A stretch of DNA of 64,000 bases from Raja brachyura (taxonomy: Eukaryota), in assembly GCA_963514005.1 (NCBI GenBank), contig OY740787.1, positions 17,980,001 to 18,044,000 of the forward strand. The letters run 5' to 3'. A program made the position numbers and the translations under genes. The notes beneath the pieces are model-generated. The model was not told the origin of the DNA and did no database searches. It was given only the letters and a program-made list of their open reading frames with translations. Within the stretch, counting starts at the first letter, position 1; each line of letters starts with the position of its first letter. Positions 24,500 to 35,864 of the stretch are shown one piece after another.

Positions 24500-24795
24500 G
24501 ACGCAGTAGATGAGCTGCTGCTTTACAGTGCCAGAGACCTGGATTCGATCCTGACTACAGGTGCTGTCCGTACAGAATTTGTATTTCTGCCCCGTGACCG
24601 CGTGTGTTTTCTCCAGGTGCTCTGGATTCCTCCCACATTCAAAAGACGTGCAGGTTTGTCAATTAATTGGCTTTGGTAAAAACTATATGTCCCTAATGTG
24701 TAGTATAGTGCTAGTATACAGGGATCGCTTGGTGGCGCAGACTTGGTGGGCTGAAGGCCTGTTACAGCGCTGCATCTCTAAACTATACTAAATGA
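24500..24795 (+). mobile_element. HE1-type V-SINE
   Basis: B box ggattcgatcc, V-domain, tail. Confidence 0.8.
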
Positions 24796-25225
24796 AACCA
24801 TACAGACAGCACCACCTTCAAAAACAGTAATTGTATGTTTGAAACCAATCTATTTTTGAGTCCAGGGTTTATTATTCTATCTTTCTTTTGTGATTTCCAG
24901 GAGTATCTTTGTTTATCCTCATCAGATATCTATGGCAGGGCACAAGGCCAGGTTATGAAAATCAAAAACAGATGCTAGAAATCTGAATTCCAAGTGAAAA
25001 AGTTAAATTACTCTGCAAGTTGGTCATCATTTGTGGATAGAAAACGAAAAATGTTACAAATGCAGCGGGACCTGATGATTATTTCCACCCGGTTCTATTT
25101 TACTTTGGGTTTCTAGATTTCCTCTGGGTGCTCCGGTTTCCCCTCACACTCCAAAGCCGTACAGGTTTGTAGGTTAATTAGCTTTGGTAAAATTGTAAAC
25201 TGTCCTTGGTGTGTAGGATAGTACT

Positions 25226-25401
25226 TCTTCTTCTTATCGAGTCCACACTCAATATTAGAAGTTGTTCAGCCAGAAACTGAACACATTTCTCGGCATCTGC
25301 ATACAATGGTGTCTGTCTTGCGCTTCTTGGGCTTCTTGTGCGTGATGATGGAAAGATTAGTGAAAACAGGGCTGCAACGTGAACGCTCTTTCCTTGACCC
25401 C
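25226..25401 (-). mobile_element. 176-bp non-autonomous retroposon (probably Ingi/Vingi-derived) with (GAA)n tail
   Basis: 11-bp TSD aggatagtact at 25215-25225 and 25402-25412; 3' end ...TGGACTCGATAAGAAGAAG. Confidence 0.8.
25350..25401 (-). ncRNA. Minimal HDV-like self-cleaving ribozyme (predicted)
   Basis: GGGGTC-AA-GGAAAGA-GCG-TTCACGT-TGC-AGCCCT-G-TTTTCA-CTAA-TCTTTCC parses as P1/P2/P3/L3/P3'/P1'/P1.1/linker/J4-2/P2'. Confidence 0.75.
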
Positions 25402-26499
25402 AGGATAGTACTAACGTACAGGGTGATCGCTGGTCGGCGTGGACTCGGAGGTCCAAAGGTATTGTTTCCATGCTGCATCCCTGTAGTCTGAATTAAATAT
25501 CGTCGTAAATCTTTTCTGCACTCTTACCAGCTTAATGACAACCTTCCTGTAGCAGAGTGAACAAAACTGAACATAATACTCCAAATACGGCCTCACCATC
25601 CCAAAGGAACGTTCACAGTATTTTCATCCTATTTTAACACAGAGGAAAAATGCCTCCATAAAATCAATGCGTTGTTATTTTATTATTGATGCATATTTTG
25701 AATATAAATTAGAGCAATGTACAAGTAATCAGCTTTCCACCCAGGAGATGTTATTACTGATGGGTATTAATGTTCCAGGTGCCTGCCATTGATCGTCACT
25801 ATATTTATTTTTCCCACACAATTTCTTTTTGTCTTGGCTTCTTCTAGCATGTGTTCATCATTGTGAAATTAGAAAAATATTTTTGCCTCATTTTATCACC
25901 CCCCCCCCACAATAAAATTGACATTATACATTTATGTATGTTGCTGGAGCAATTTACAGTTTGGCAAAGTTTGCTAATTCATTTGAAAATATTTTATGAC
26001 TACGCGCTTGCACAGAAAGGAGTAAAAATTAATTATGACCCATTTACAGACAGAGGAAGCTTGCCCCAGACGCAAGGCCCAAGGCCTGTCAAAACTTGAG
26101 CCAGAGGATTTTATTTTAATATTTTGCACCTGTTGCCTCTCCAGAGACAGCTCAAACTATGTTGATGTCCAATTTTGGGAGAGGTTGGGAAGAGTCAGCT
26201 TAACAGTGTTGTTCGAGAGTGCCACGCCATTAGGGAGGCAAGAGAAACCAGACTTGCTCACCCTCACTGGTTAGAAACAACTTGAAAATAAACCTACTTT
26301 TGCAGGTAGAAATCCTGAGAGGGCACAAAGCAGTCACTTAGTAATTAAGTACAGTATGTCTGAAGTAGGCTGTGATACCTCATTTAATGGTAGCACAATT
26401 AGACCTTTTACTGATCAGACATTATGCAATTTGCTCTCCTTGAGCCAATTTTATGTCCAAATTTTACATTGATATAATTGGTCCTACTGAGCCAATTTT

Positions 26500-27480
26500 A
26501 TGTGCAAATTTACATTAAAGCTGACGTCTATTCCCGGAACATGATGACATTATCAATTCCACAGCGCATTCTCCGGTCCAACCTTGCTGTCAGCCCAGCC
26601 AACCAAGAAGCTGAAAAGGCCATAACTTCATCTGAAAAACAACAAAGCCTTGGATACTGATAGTATCCCTGGTGGATTCTTAAACTTGGCAGAGAGGAAG
26701 TTCAGATGGAAATTCACAACCTCCCCTCTGATAACAGGGAGGAGGAAGGCTTTTTTAGTTTAGAGATACAGAGATAGAGCACAGGCCCTTTGGCCCACCA
26801 AGTCCACACTGACCAGTGATCCCCGCACAATAACACTATCCTACACACTAGGGACAATTTGCAATTTACAATTTTACCAAACCAATTAACCTACAAACCA
26901 GTAGCACTTTGGAGTGTGGGAGGAAACCGAATATTCCAGAGAAAATCCGCACAGGTCATGGGGAGAACATACAATCTCTGTGCGAGACAAGCACCCATAG
27001 TCAGGATGGAACCTGGGTGTCTGGTGCTGTAAGGCAGCAACTCTACTGCTGCACCACGGTGCCACACAAGGCCTCAAAGTTGCCTCCTTCAGGAAATGCG
27101 ATAAATCTAATTGTGAGAATCATGGTAGGGGTCTTCCTTCTGTCGGGCACAAGGAAAATCAATGTCAGGATCCTCCGCATTCACCTCCTCCCAGCACCTT
27201 AAGAGCTGCTCTCCAAATTGCAGTGTGTATTCTACTCATCTAACAACACTGGGCATGATCTTCACATGCAACAGAGAGATGGAGGAAGCAGAGCCAAGCA
27301 CTGTACATGACATTTTATGAAATGCTTTGACTTTGTCAATTGAGTGAGATTGTGAAGATTCCTCCGCAAACTTGGCTGCCCTCCGAAATTCCTCTTAATT
27401 CTACACAATGGGATGTAGGCATGAATCCAATTTATGATCCACAACAAACACCATCTCAGTGCGGGTTGAGGTCATGCAAC
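26500..27480. mobile_element. Old RTE-like LINE fragments flanking an HE1 SINE (26752-27066, minus)
   Basis: EAEKAITSSEKQQ...G.D.IP-like degraded RT linker; the HE1 copy is clear. Confidence 0.5.
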
Positions 27481-27574
27481 GCTGCAATATTGCTCCAACA
27501 ATTTATTCAATCTTTCTTGCCATCATCTTGCAGCTCACCTGCAACAAGCTTCCCACCAAAGCGGCACAAATCAG

Positions 27575-27825
27575 CAAAGATGGCGTCCAAGCCAGGCGAC
27601 TATTTGTGTGCTAGTCCCAGAAGTGGATCTGCAATGTTTCAATACATTCGCTCTACTCTTTTAAACCTATACACCAACAGAAGCATTTCTTCTGTGCACT
27701 GTGGACAACGTGATTATAATCATGTATAGTCTTTCCGTTGACTGGAGAGCATGCAACAAAAAAAGATTTTCACTGTACCTCAGCACACATGACAATATAC
27801 TAAACTAAAACTAAAATAAAAATAA
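27575..27825 (+). mobile_element. Short Rex1-group non-autonomous element
   Basis: Starts aagatggcg; ends with tttcactgtacctc...catgacaata(actaa), a tail shared with 32600-32640, 47400-47472 and 53025-53130. Confidence 0.55.
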
Positions 27826-27984
27826 TGGTAAGCTGTCTTCACTCCAGAACCAATGTTCATTTGACCTCAATTATTGAGCTGCAGTATATCAATATATTTG
27901 TGTATGTGCATCTTTGTAGGCTGTGCCCCAAGTTGTTCACCGAAGCATTGGAAATACTGCACTTTGCAAAACACACATAAAACA

Positions 27985-28920
27985 CACACACAGGTACATA
28001 GTTCCCTGAAAATTGTGTCACGTGCAGATAGTGTGGTCAAGAATACTTTGGTCCATTGGCCTTTATCAGTCAGGTTATTGAGCATAGAAATTGGGACGTT
28101 ATGCTACAATTGCAAAATACGTTGGCGAGGCTACAATTGGACTACTGTGTTCAGTTCTGGTCACCCTGCTATAGGAAGGATGTCATTAAAGTGGAAAGAG
28201 CACAGAGAAGATTTACGAAGATGTTTCCAGGATTTGAGGAGCTGAGCAATAGGGAGAGATTTGGTAGTCTAGGATGCTGAGACTGAGGGGTGATCTTATA
28301 GATGTGTATAAAATCATGAGGTGAATAGATTGGGTGAATTCACAGACTCTTTAGCCCAGGGGTGAGAAACAAAAACAAGAGGACACATGTTTAAGATGAG
28401 AGGGGCAAGATTTAATACGAACCTGAGGGGCAGCCTTTTCCCACTGAGGGTAGTGGGTATATGGAACATGCTGCCAGAGGAGGTAGTTGAGGCAGATACT
28501 ATAACAGCATATAAAACAACTACTTGGACAGGTACATTAATTATTTTTTTGTGTCCATTATCTATTTTTCAAGGCCAGGCTCTTGCTTAGTGGACAGTCT
28601 TCTCGTTTGCCACCGCTAGATGTGCCAGGCAGCATTGTTCACCAAGAAGTGTGCATCTTAGTAGGTGTTGCATGGATTGTACAGATGTTCCACATTCACA
28701 TTCTGTGCCTGCCGCATCTGCATAGCCCCATTTGCTCATATTGGTCTTGCATTGGCCCATCCCTGTACAAAGCCTATTGAGGGACTTCCAGGTCTTCCAG
28801 TCACACCTGTGACCATAAATAGGAAAGGTTTAGATGGATATGGACCGAATGCAGGAAAATGGGACTAGCTTAGATGGTGCATCTTGGTCGGCATGTACAT
28901 GTGGGGCCAAAGGACATGTG
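27985..28920 (+). mobile_element. CR1 3' fragment interrupted by a Vingi-like LINE
   Basis: LDYCVQFWSPCYRKDVIKVERAQRRFT. Confidence 0.85.
28540..28815 (-). mobile_element. Ingi/Vingi-like LINE 3' end (CCHC zinc finger)
   Basis: Manual translation: WKTWKSLNRLCTGMGQCKTNMSKWGY...CECG...QSMQHLLRC; ends TGGACACAAAA. Confidence 0.7.
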
Positions 28921-31179
28921 CAAATGCAAGGCAAATTAATGGCAGAGTCTAAAGGGAATCCATTTTGCTCACCGTGCATCTCCATTTTACAATAGAAAAT
29001 GCTTAACAGTATATTTTGATTGTCATTAAATTGTGTTGTCTATCTGTCAAATTGCTTCCATTATGAAAATATTTCCATGAATCCAGATGTGTCTGTTTGA
29101 TGGTGATCAAAGGAATGTCAGAACATCCTGGGATCAATCCAATGCAATGCAAAGCCAATCTATTTTGGCAGGAAGCCTTGATTCCCAAGTGGGAGTGAGG
29201 GGAAAGCACAGCTCTTAAGATTATATGCTTCCAGCATGATTCTCTCTTCATTAATTTTAACGCAGAGTAAATCATGGGAAGGCGGAGCACTGCACAACCT
29301 CCAGAAGGGGATAAGCAAGTTCATACATCTCATCATTTCCCGGAATTCATCAGTTCTCTGGTGGGTCTGAACTTGCAGTCCACACATTCCCTGTGGAAAC
29401 AGTGTGAGAGAAACAGAAGTGCTCCTAGTTGGAGATGTCACCAGAATGACTTAATTGAAAGACAGATCTAACTCTTGTGTCAATCAGAATGCTTATTAAA
29501 TATTGTAGTTTATATCTTTCTGCTGTAAAGTATGACAAGATGAATCCCTGTGGATTTTCCCTCCCCTGTAACATCAGTTTATTGGCTAGGTATGTGAGAC
29601 ATATAAGCTAAGAAATGTAATGTTACAAACCATTGAAAAATTAACTTTTGGCATTCAGTCCACTCCATTCTATTAAGTAATTAAGATGTTTTTTCTTCTC
29701 TGTTGAGGCACAAGGTGATTCATATCAAGATGTTTAAGTTAATAAGCTCACTTGTGGTCACTCATTGAAGCAAAGCAATGAGGTCTTCTGATCTAACAAT
29801 ATTATAAACTGCACGTATAATTTATGTATAATTTATGTTTTCATGTGTTTCCCAGGTCTATCTGGCTATGATGCTGCTGCAAGCAAGATTTATATTATGT
29901 TTACACCTCACCATACCTGTGCATTTGACAATAAATTTAACTTGAACTTGCTCTGTGGGACTGCTAATCAAGGGTCTATAATGCTTGTTGCCAGAAAACG
30001 TGGATAAACAGATTTTCCAAGCCATCCTTCAGCATTCCTGTCATGTTTGTCTGCACTCGAAACACAAACTTGGAATGAGCATTGAAGCCAAATTTAAAAT
30101 TTACCCTTTCTGTACATTTTTCTGCTCATATGAAGGATATGGTAGAAGCGATTTGTTTTATTGGGGATTATATTCGGCACCACCATTGTGGGCCGAAGGG
30201 CCTTTCCTGTACTGTACAGTTCTATGCACTGCATTCAATGTTCCAAATCTTTATAATTAAGAATCAAAAGTCTGACTGGAATACTTCACATTACAGACAT
30301 GCTTACTTGTTATAAGCAATATGGCAAAGCACACTAAATGAGTTGCCCAATCCATCTCACCAACGTGTGACTCCTCTGTTAATGATGGAAGTGGGCATGT
30401 TGGAGGTGGGTGCGATAGCAATAGCGATTTTTAAAATTGTACCTTCTAGCCCTGACTCAAATCCACCACAAAAGGGGAAGAAGATTTCTTCTCCTCTCGG
30501 CCAAATGTGTCCACTTTTAGAGAGACGTGTTAGACACATATATATTGTTCTCATGCAGTCTTAATGTGTGCAATAATTCTTACAGTGGGGGTTGAGCAAA
30601 TTCCTTCCCAGTCCCTAAACCATCACATCTCGATCCCCACACTGTGATTGTGGTTGAAATTTGCATTTGCAATTTTAATGAAAACCACCACTTAAGAAGC
30701 AAAGGGGTACAATTCAGTTTCAGTGTGAATACAAAACAAACAACACGAGCTCTAATGTAATATTTACAGATGAATGGAATCATTTCCATTGATAAAAGAA
30801 AGAAAAATTCAACAAGGAAAAGAGCAAGGATAAAATTACTGTTTATAACTGCTGCAAGCCATTGCATTACATTTCACTGCATTGCTTTTACATTTTACGT
30901 TTTGTTGGAGAATACTTTGAATTTTTTTTTTGTTCTGCTTCACAGTTTCAAGTTAATGAAAGGTAGAAATAAATGTCAATAAGGCGGTCAAATGAATGCA
31001 CAGTTGCTGGAATTCAAAAATAAAAAATGAAAATATCCAATAGGGCATTGTGATGAAAGAAACAGATGACCTTTCTTCAGAATTGGAAAATTAATAGCAT
31101 CTACATAAATGTTAAGATGTAAAGGATATAATGAAAGAGGAAACCAGAGATAGGGTGGCAAAGTCAATGTGTTTCTCAT

Positions 31180-31420
31180 ATAAAATACATAAAGTACTGG
31201 AGTAGATCTGCTGGTCAGATTGCATCTCTGAAGAACATGGATAGGTGACATTTTGGGTTGGGGCCCTTCTTCAGACTGATCGTGGTGGTTGGGGGAATGG
31301 GGTGGGGGGGTGGGGGGGAAGCTGGAAGAGAGGCAGGTCAGGACAAAGCCTAGTGAGTGAGGTGGATGCAGGTGAGAGGGAAGGTAGGGGGTGGTGGCAG
31401 ATAGATGATTGGGCAAAAGC
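31180..31420 (-). mobile_element. Penelope pseudo-LTR fragment
   Basis: Minus strand cagtctgaagaagggccccaacccaaaatgtcacc. Confidence 0.65.
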
Positions 31421-31489
31421 AATGATGAAAATTCTGGGCTATTACAGGTAAGATATGTAGGCTTTAGAAAGGATGCAGGGATGTTTATC

Positions 31490-31780
31490 AGAGGATGCCT
31501 GTGATATGGGGTATCAGCTAGAGGGAGAGGTTGGACAGATTTTTGATTGTTTTCTTTGCAACACTGGACATTGCAGGGAGCCCTGATAGATGTATATAAA
31601 AATATGGGAGATAGATTAGGTAGACAGTCAGAACCTTTTTTTTTCCCAGGATGGAAAAATCAAATACTAGAGGGGATAGCTTTAAGGTGAGAGGGACAAA
31701 GTTTAAAAGAGATGTGCGGGGCAAGTTTTTTATTCGGAGGATGGTGAGTGCCTGGAACGTGCAGCTGGAGGTGGTGGTTC
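31490..31780 (+). mobile_element. CR1 fragment
   Basis: MEKSNTRGDSFKVRGTKFKRDVRGKFF. Confidence 0.8.
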
Positions 31781-31784
31781 TGGT

Positions 31785-32660
31785 CACCGGGTGGAGCCGT
31801 AAGTGGCAACCTCACCAACAGCCTGTCTCGTCCCTTCCTTCTTTTGTTGTTTTTAGTCTGTCTTAATTGTATGTTTTAGTGTATCTTTAGTTTTTGTATT
31901 ATGTGGGGGGGTGGGAGAGGGGGTTGGGGGAAACGTTTTAAAATCTCTTTTCTCGATGCAGATGCAACTTTTTCCGTATTGTATCTCCGTCTACACTGCA
32001 GCCTTAACATGGCGGTCCCTTTGTTAGGGATTGACTTCCGGAGCTCCAACCGCAGGAACTTCAACTGCCCCGATCGCAGGAGCTTCGATCGCCCCATTGC
32101 AGGGGCTTTGATCGCCAACTGCGGGAGCTACAATCGCCCCGACTGCAGATGTTTCGATCGCCCTGACCGCATGAGAAAAGGAGGAAGAAAGTAAAAATGA
32201 TTTGCCTTCCATCACAGTGGGGAATGTGAGGTCGCTGAAAAACTCGATGAACGTGGTGCCTGTGCTCATGGGGACTCAGAGGGAGAGCCATGAGTGCAGT
32301 GATCTCGGTATTTGCGGGGACTTGGTTCCATGTGGACACCCTGGAGCCCAGTGCGAGTGTGGACAGCTTTCTGACTGTTTCGGGCGGACAGGGACTGCAG
32401 AGAGAGTGACAGTGGTTGGAACAACTCTGGTCACATCACGATGAAGCAGCTTGTGTGTGGCCCGGAGATTGAACTGATGGCTGTGGCTCTCCGCTTGTGC
32501 TGTGTGCCCTAGGGATTCTCACATGCCGCTGTGGTGGCTGTTTATGTTTAATCTGTAGTTTTGTATCTTGTTGCTTTTTTGGTATGACTATGGTAAATCA
32601 AATTTCACTGTACCTCGGTACACATGACAATAAAGGACCATTGAACCATTGAGCCATTGA
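31785..32660 (+). mobile_element. Non-autonomous Rex1/Babar derivative retaining the APE endonuclease N-terminus
   Basis: LPSITVGNVRSLKNSMNV...TQRE resembles the Rex1 APE start; it is fused to the 3'UTR. Confidence 0.7.
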
Positions 32661-32764
32661 GAATCAAGATAGAACATAGAAAGACTACAGCATAGGGACA
32701 TATTGAACCATTGAGCCATTGAGAATCAAGATAGAACATAGAAAGACTACAGCATTGGGACATA
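32641..32764. repeat. 62-bp tandem duplication (one mismatch)
   Basis: 32641-32702 versus 32703-32764. Confidence 0.9.
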
Positions 32765-34054
32765 AGCTTAAGCACATTATGTCTGAGCCATACATGACAC
32801 AAAGTTAAACCAATCTCCTCTGCCTGCTCCTGATCCATTCCCCTCCATTCCCTGTATCTTCATGTGCCTATCTAAAAACGTTTAAACACCACTATCATAT
32901 CTGCCTCCACCATCCCCCTGGCACAGTCACCAACCATTTGCTGTGTAAAAAAATAATTTGCCCAGTACATCTTTAAATTTCCAGCATCTTGGCAATTTGA
33001 CATTTCCAGCCCCTTGACACTCCAGATGTTGTCCAACGTCACCCTATCACAATCCGAAGAAGGGTCTGGACCCTTAACATCACCCTTGCCTTCTCTTTAG
33101 ATGCTGCCTGTCCTGCTGAGTTACTCCGGCATTTTGTGTCTCACTTAATAGCTAGTTCCCTCTAATCTAGACAGCATCCTGGTAAAACTCTTCTGCACCC
33201 TCCATATACAAGTAGTCAAAGAATCATACAGCATAGAAACGGGCTCTTCGGCTCACCACATCCGAGCTGAACCTTTTGGCTAATTTACATCAATCCACAT
33301 TTGCCTTTATTCAGTCCGTATCCTTCTACGCCTTGCTATTAAATTTGCTGTCTAAATGTTTCTTAAACAGGAGTGAATGTATCTTTTTCCAGATGAATAC
33401 CTTCACCAGAAAGGATGAAAAACTATTTATCAAAGTCACACCACATGATACACTGCATAATTAAAGGAATATTTACACTTACAAACACTAGAAAATGTAA
33501 CCTCGTTCTCCTGACTTACGTTGTAATTTAATTATACATGTATCGCAGGATGTACCGTCAGCGATCTGTTCATGTAACCACAACATTTATGTGCTTGATT
33601 CAGTTTGTTTTTTACTAAACGTGACTATCAGGTTACTGCTGTGAAAATGATTCAACAGTGGGAATGCTGCTGAATGGTAAGGATAGGTGATTAGACTCTT
33701 CCTCGGTGGAGGTGGCCATTGCCCAGAAGTCTGTAGTTTTATTGGTCTTGCTGCATGCAGACGTAAAGTCGAATCGGTAGACTATTTCATAAAGGAAGGA
33801 AACATCATCTAAGCACTATATTCATTGCGCCCAATGCCCACATTTGAACTCTTTCCAGCAGTATAAGCAAGTGCAAGAGTTTATTTTCACCAGCCCGAAC
33901 TAGTGAAAACAGCCACCTCGTAAACCCCTCAAAGACCAGCAATCAAACCCAGAGGGCCCTGGTGCATATAAATGACATCTGCACTTTAATAATCATACTA
34001 ACTATTTTGGGTAACTGATTCTACTCAACACAGCTTGTGTTCTTAGGAATTGTA

Positions 34055-34300
34055 AAGTTTAGAGTTTCATTTAGATGTACGGCATGAAAACAGGCCCTTC
34101 GGCCCACCGAGTCCATGCCAATTATCGATCACCTGTTTACACTAGTTCCATGTTATCCCACTTTCTCATTCACCAGGTGCAATTTACAGAGGTCAATTAA
34201 CCTACAAACCCACGGGGATGTGGGAGAAAACCGGAGCACCCGGATAAACCCCATGCGGACACATGGAGAACATGCAACTCTGCCAACTGCACCATGTACC
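34055..34300 (-). mobile_element. HE1-type V-SINE
   Basis: Tail and V-domain. Confidence 0.75.
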
Positions 34301-34602
34301 ACCCGAAAGATTGAAGAACAAATAAAATGATCAAATGAACCTTAAGTGCCTTGAAGAGGAGTAGTTCAGCATCCATAGCAAAACAAAACTGTCGCAACAA
34401 TGCAGTATCTCGAGCAACCTGCTCCTGGTTACCGAGCCAAGGCAGGGATTCTCCATTTAGATTGCATTGAAGCACAACCTTTAATCCTATCATTCAACTG
34501 CTGAATGTAACACAGCCTAAACCGAAATATAAATAATTGTAAAGCTAATTAGCACGTTTTTATCCATCGCCCTGTTGTGGAACAATAACAATACTTTCAT
34601 GG

Positions 34603-34630
34603 CTGAAGAAGGGTCTCGACCCGAAACGTC
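34603..34630 (+). ncRNA. Minimal hammerhead ribozyme motif in a Penelope pseudo-LTR (34601-34692)
   Basis: CTGAAGA-A-GGGT(CTCG)ACCC-GAAA-CGTC; core is intact. Confidence 0.65.
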
Positions 34631-35043
34631 ACCCATTACTTCTCTCCAGAGATGCTGCATGTCCCGCTGAGCTACTCCAGCATTTTGTGTCTGTAATAGT
34701 TTAACGGACGTGACTTTCATTAAGTATTATTGTTACAGAGACTCTGACTCAAGGTCCAACATTTCTCAGTGATTTATGTAAGTCAGCCAAAGCACCCTGA
34801 CAATAAGTGTGTGATTTGATTTTTCTAGTTTTAACTGCTGTTCAAAAGTAGTTGTGGCAGAATATATCCATTAACAATGCAATCTGTCAAAGGATTGAAG
34901 GTGGAATGGGTAGGAAACCTTTAGATACAAACTGCAGTGCAAACCCTGACCTTCACACAATTCTCTCTCCTCTTTAGTGCCATTGCTTTGTGTTGCTGCC
35001 ATGTGGAGCTGAAAGAATTTTAACCAATCTGACTTTCCATTCA

Positions 35044-35183
35044 CTCTTCTTCTTGCGTACGGCGTGCACAGCCTAAAGTTGTAGGACAACTTGGTCTATT
35101 TGATCTTATTTGATTGTGCATGCCGGGTTGATTGAATTCATCGAAACAGGGTGGACCACGTGAAGGTTGCAATCTTCCACCCC
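35044..35183 (-). mobile_element. 140-bp non-autonomous retroposon with (GAA)n tail
   Basis: 10-bp TSD tttc(c/t)attca at 35034-35043 and 35184-35193. Confidence 0.8.
35130..35183 (-). ncRNA. Minimal HDV-like ribozyme (predicted; this copy probably inactivated)
   Basis: GGGGTGG-AA-GATTGCA-ACC-TTCACGT-GGT-CCACCCT-G-TTTCGA-TGAA-TTCAATC; full P1 and P3, P2 6/7, catalytic C position is T. Confidence 0.75.
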
Positions 35184-35864
35184 TTTCTATTCAATAAAGT
35201 CTATTAAAGAAAATATAGAGGGCTCAAAAACTAAATTATGAACTGACCTTTGTCGAACAAAGAGCAACACAAAAAATGGTTGAGACGTAAAACGTTACCC
35301 ATTTCTTCTATTCCGAGATGCTGCCTGGCCCGCTGAGTTACTCCAGCATTTTGTGTCTATCTTTGGTGTAAATCAGCATCTGCAGTTCGTTCCGGCACAA
35401 GGAGTAGCATAATGCACCTCAGACCTCACAGGAGAACACTGGGTCTCTATTATCCTTGATTCCAAATCGTCTGCCTGTGAGATGCAAGTGAATGTGCTTT
35501 GCACCGTACCAACAACAAACAGGGTTCACCTGGGTGTGGTTAGGCACATGATCTTTGCTCCCTAGCTATCTCGCACAAACAGCTGGATGGCAAAGTGTGA
35601 TCGAAATCTTGGGATAAATTAGCAACATTAGGGATGCGTTAGACCCTGTTTTTATCCCCTTAACTAACAAAATTCTACCTTTCAATCTACAACTCATCCC
35701 TGCAATATTCCTTTCAGGATCCCACCAGTCCTTTGGGAGCAATTAAATGGTTATCATTTGTATACACACCAAAGTCCTCACAGTAAAGATTTTCACTGCA
35801 AAATTCTGTCATAACTTGGTAAGCAGGTTGCTTGTTGCAGAGATAAGCTGGAGACAGAAGACTT

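Larger units (their letters stand above)
25115..25490 (+). mobile_element. HE1-type V-SINE fragment interrupted by a 176-bp retroposon
   Basis: V-domain gggtgctccggtttcc...; sequence resumes after 25401. Confidence 0.8.
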
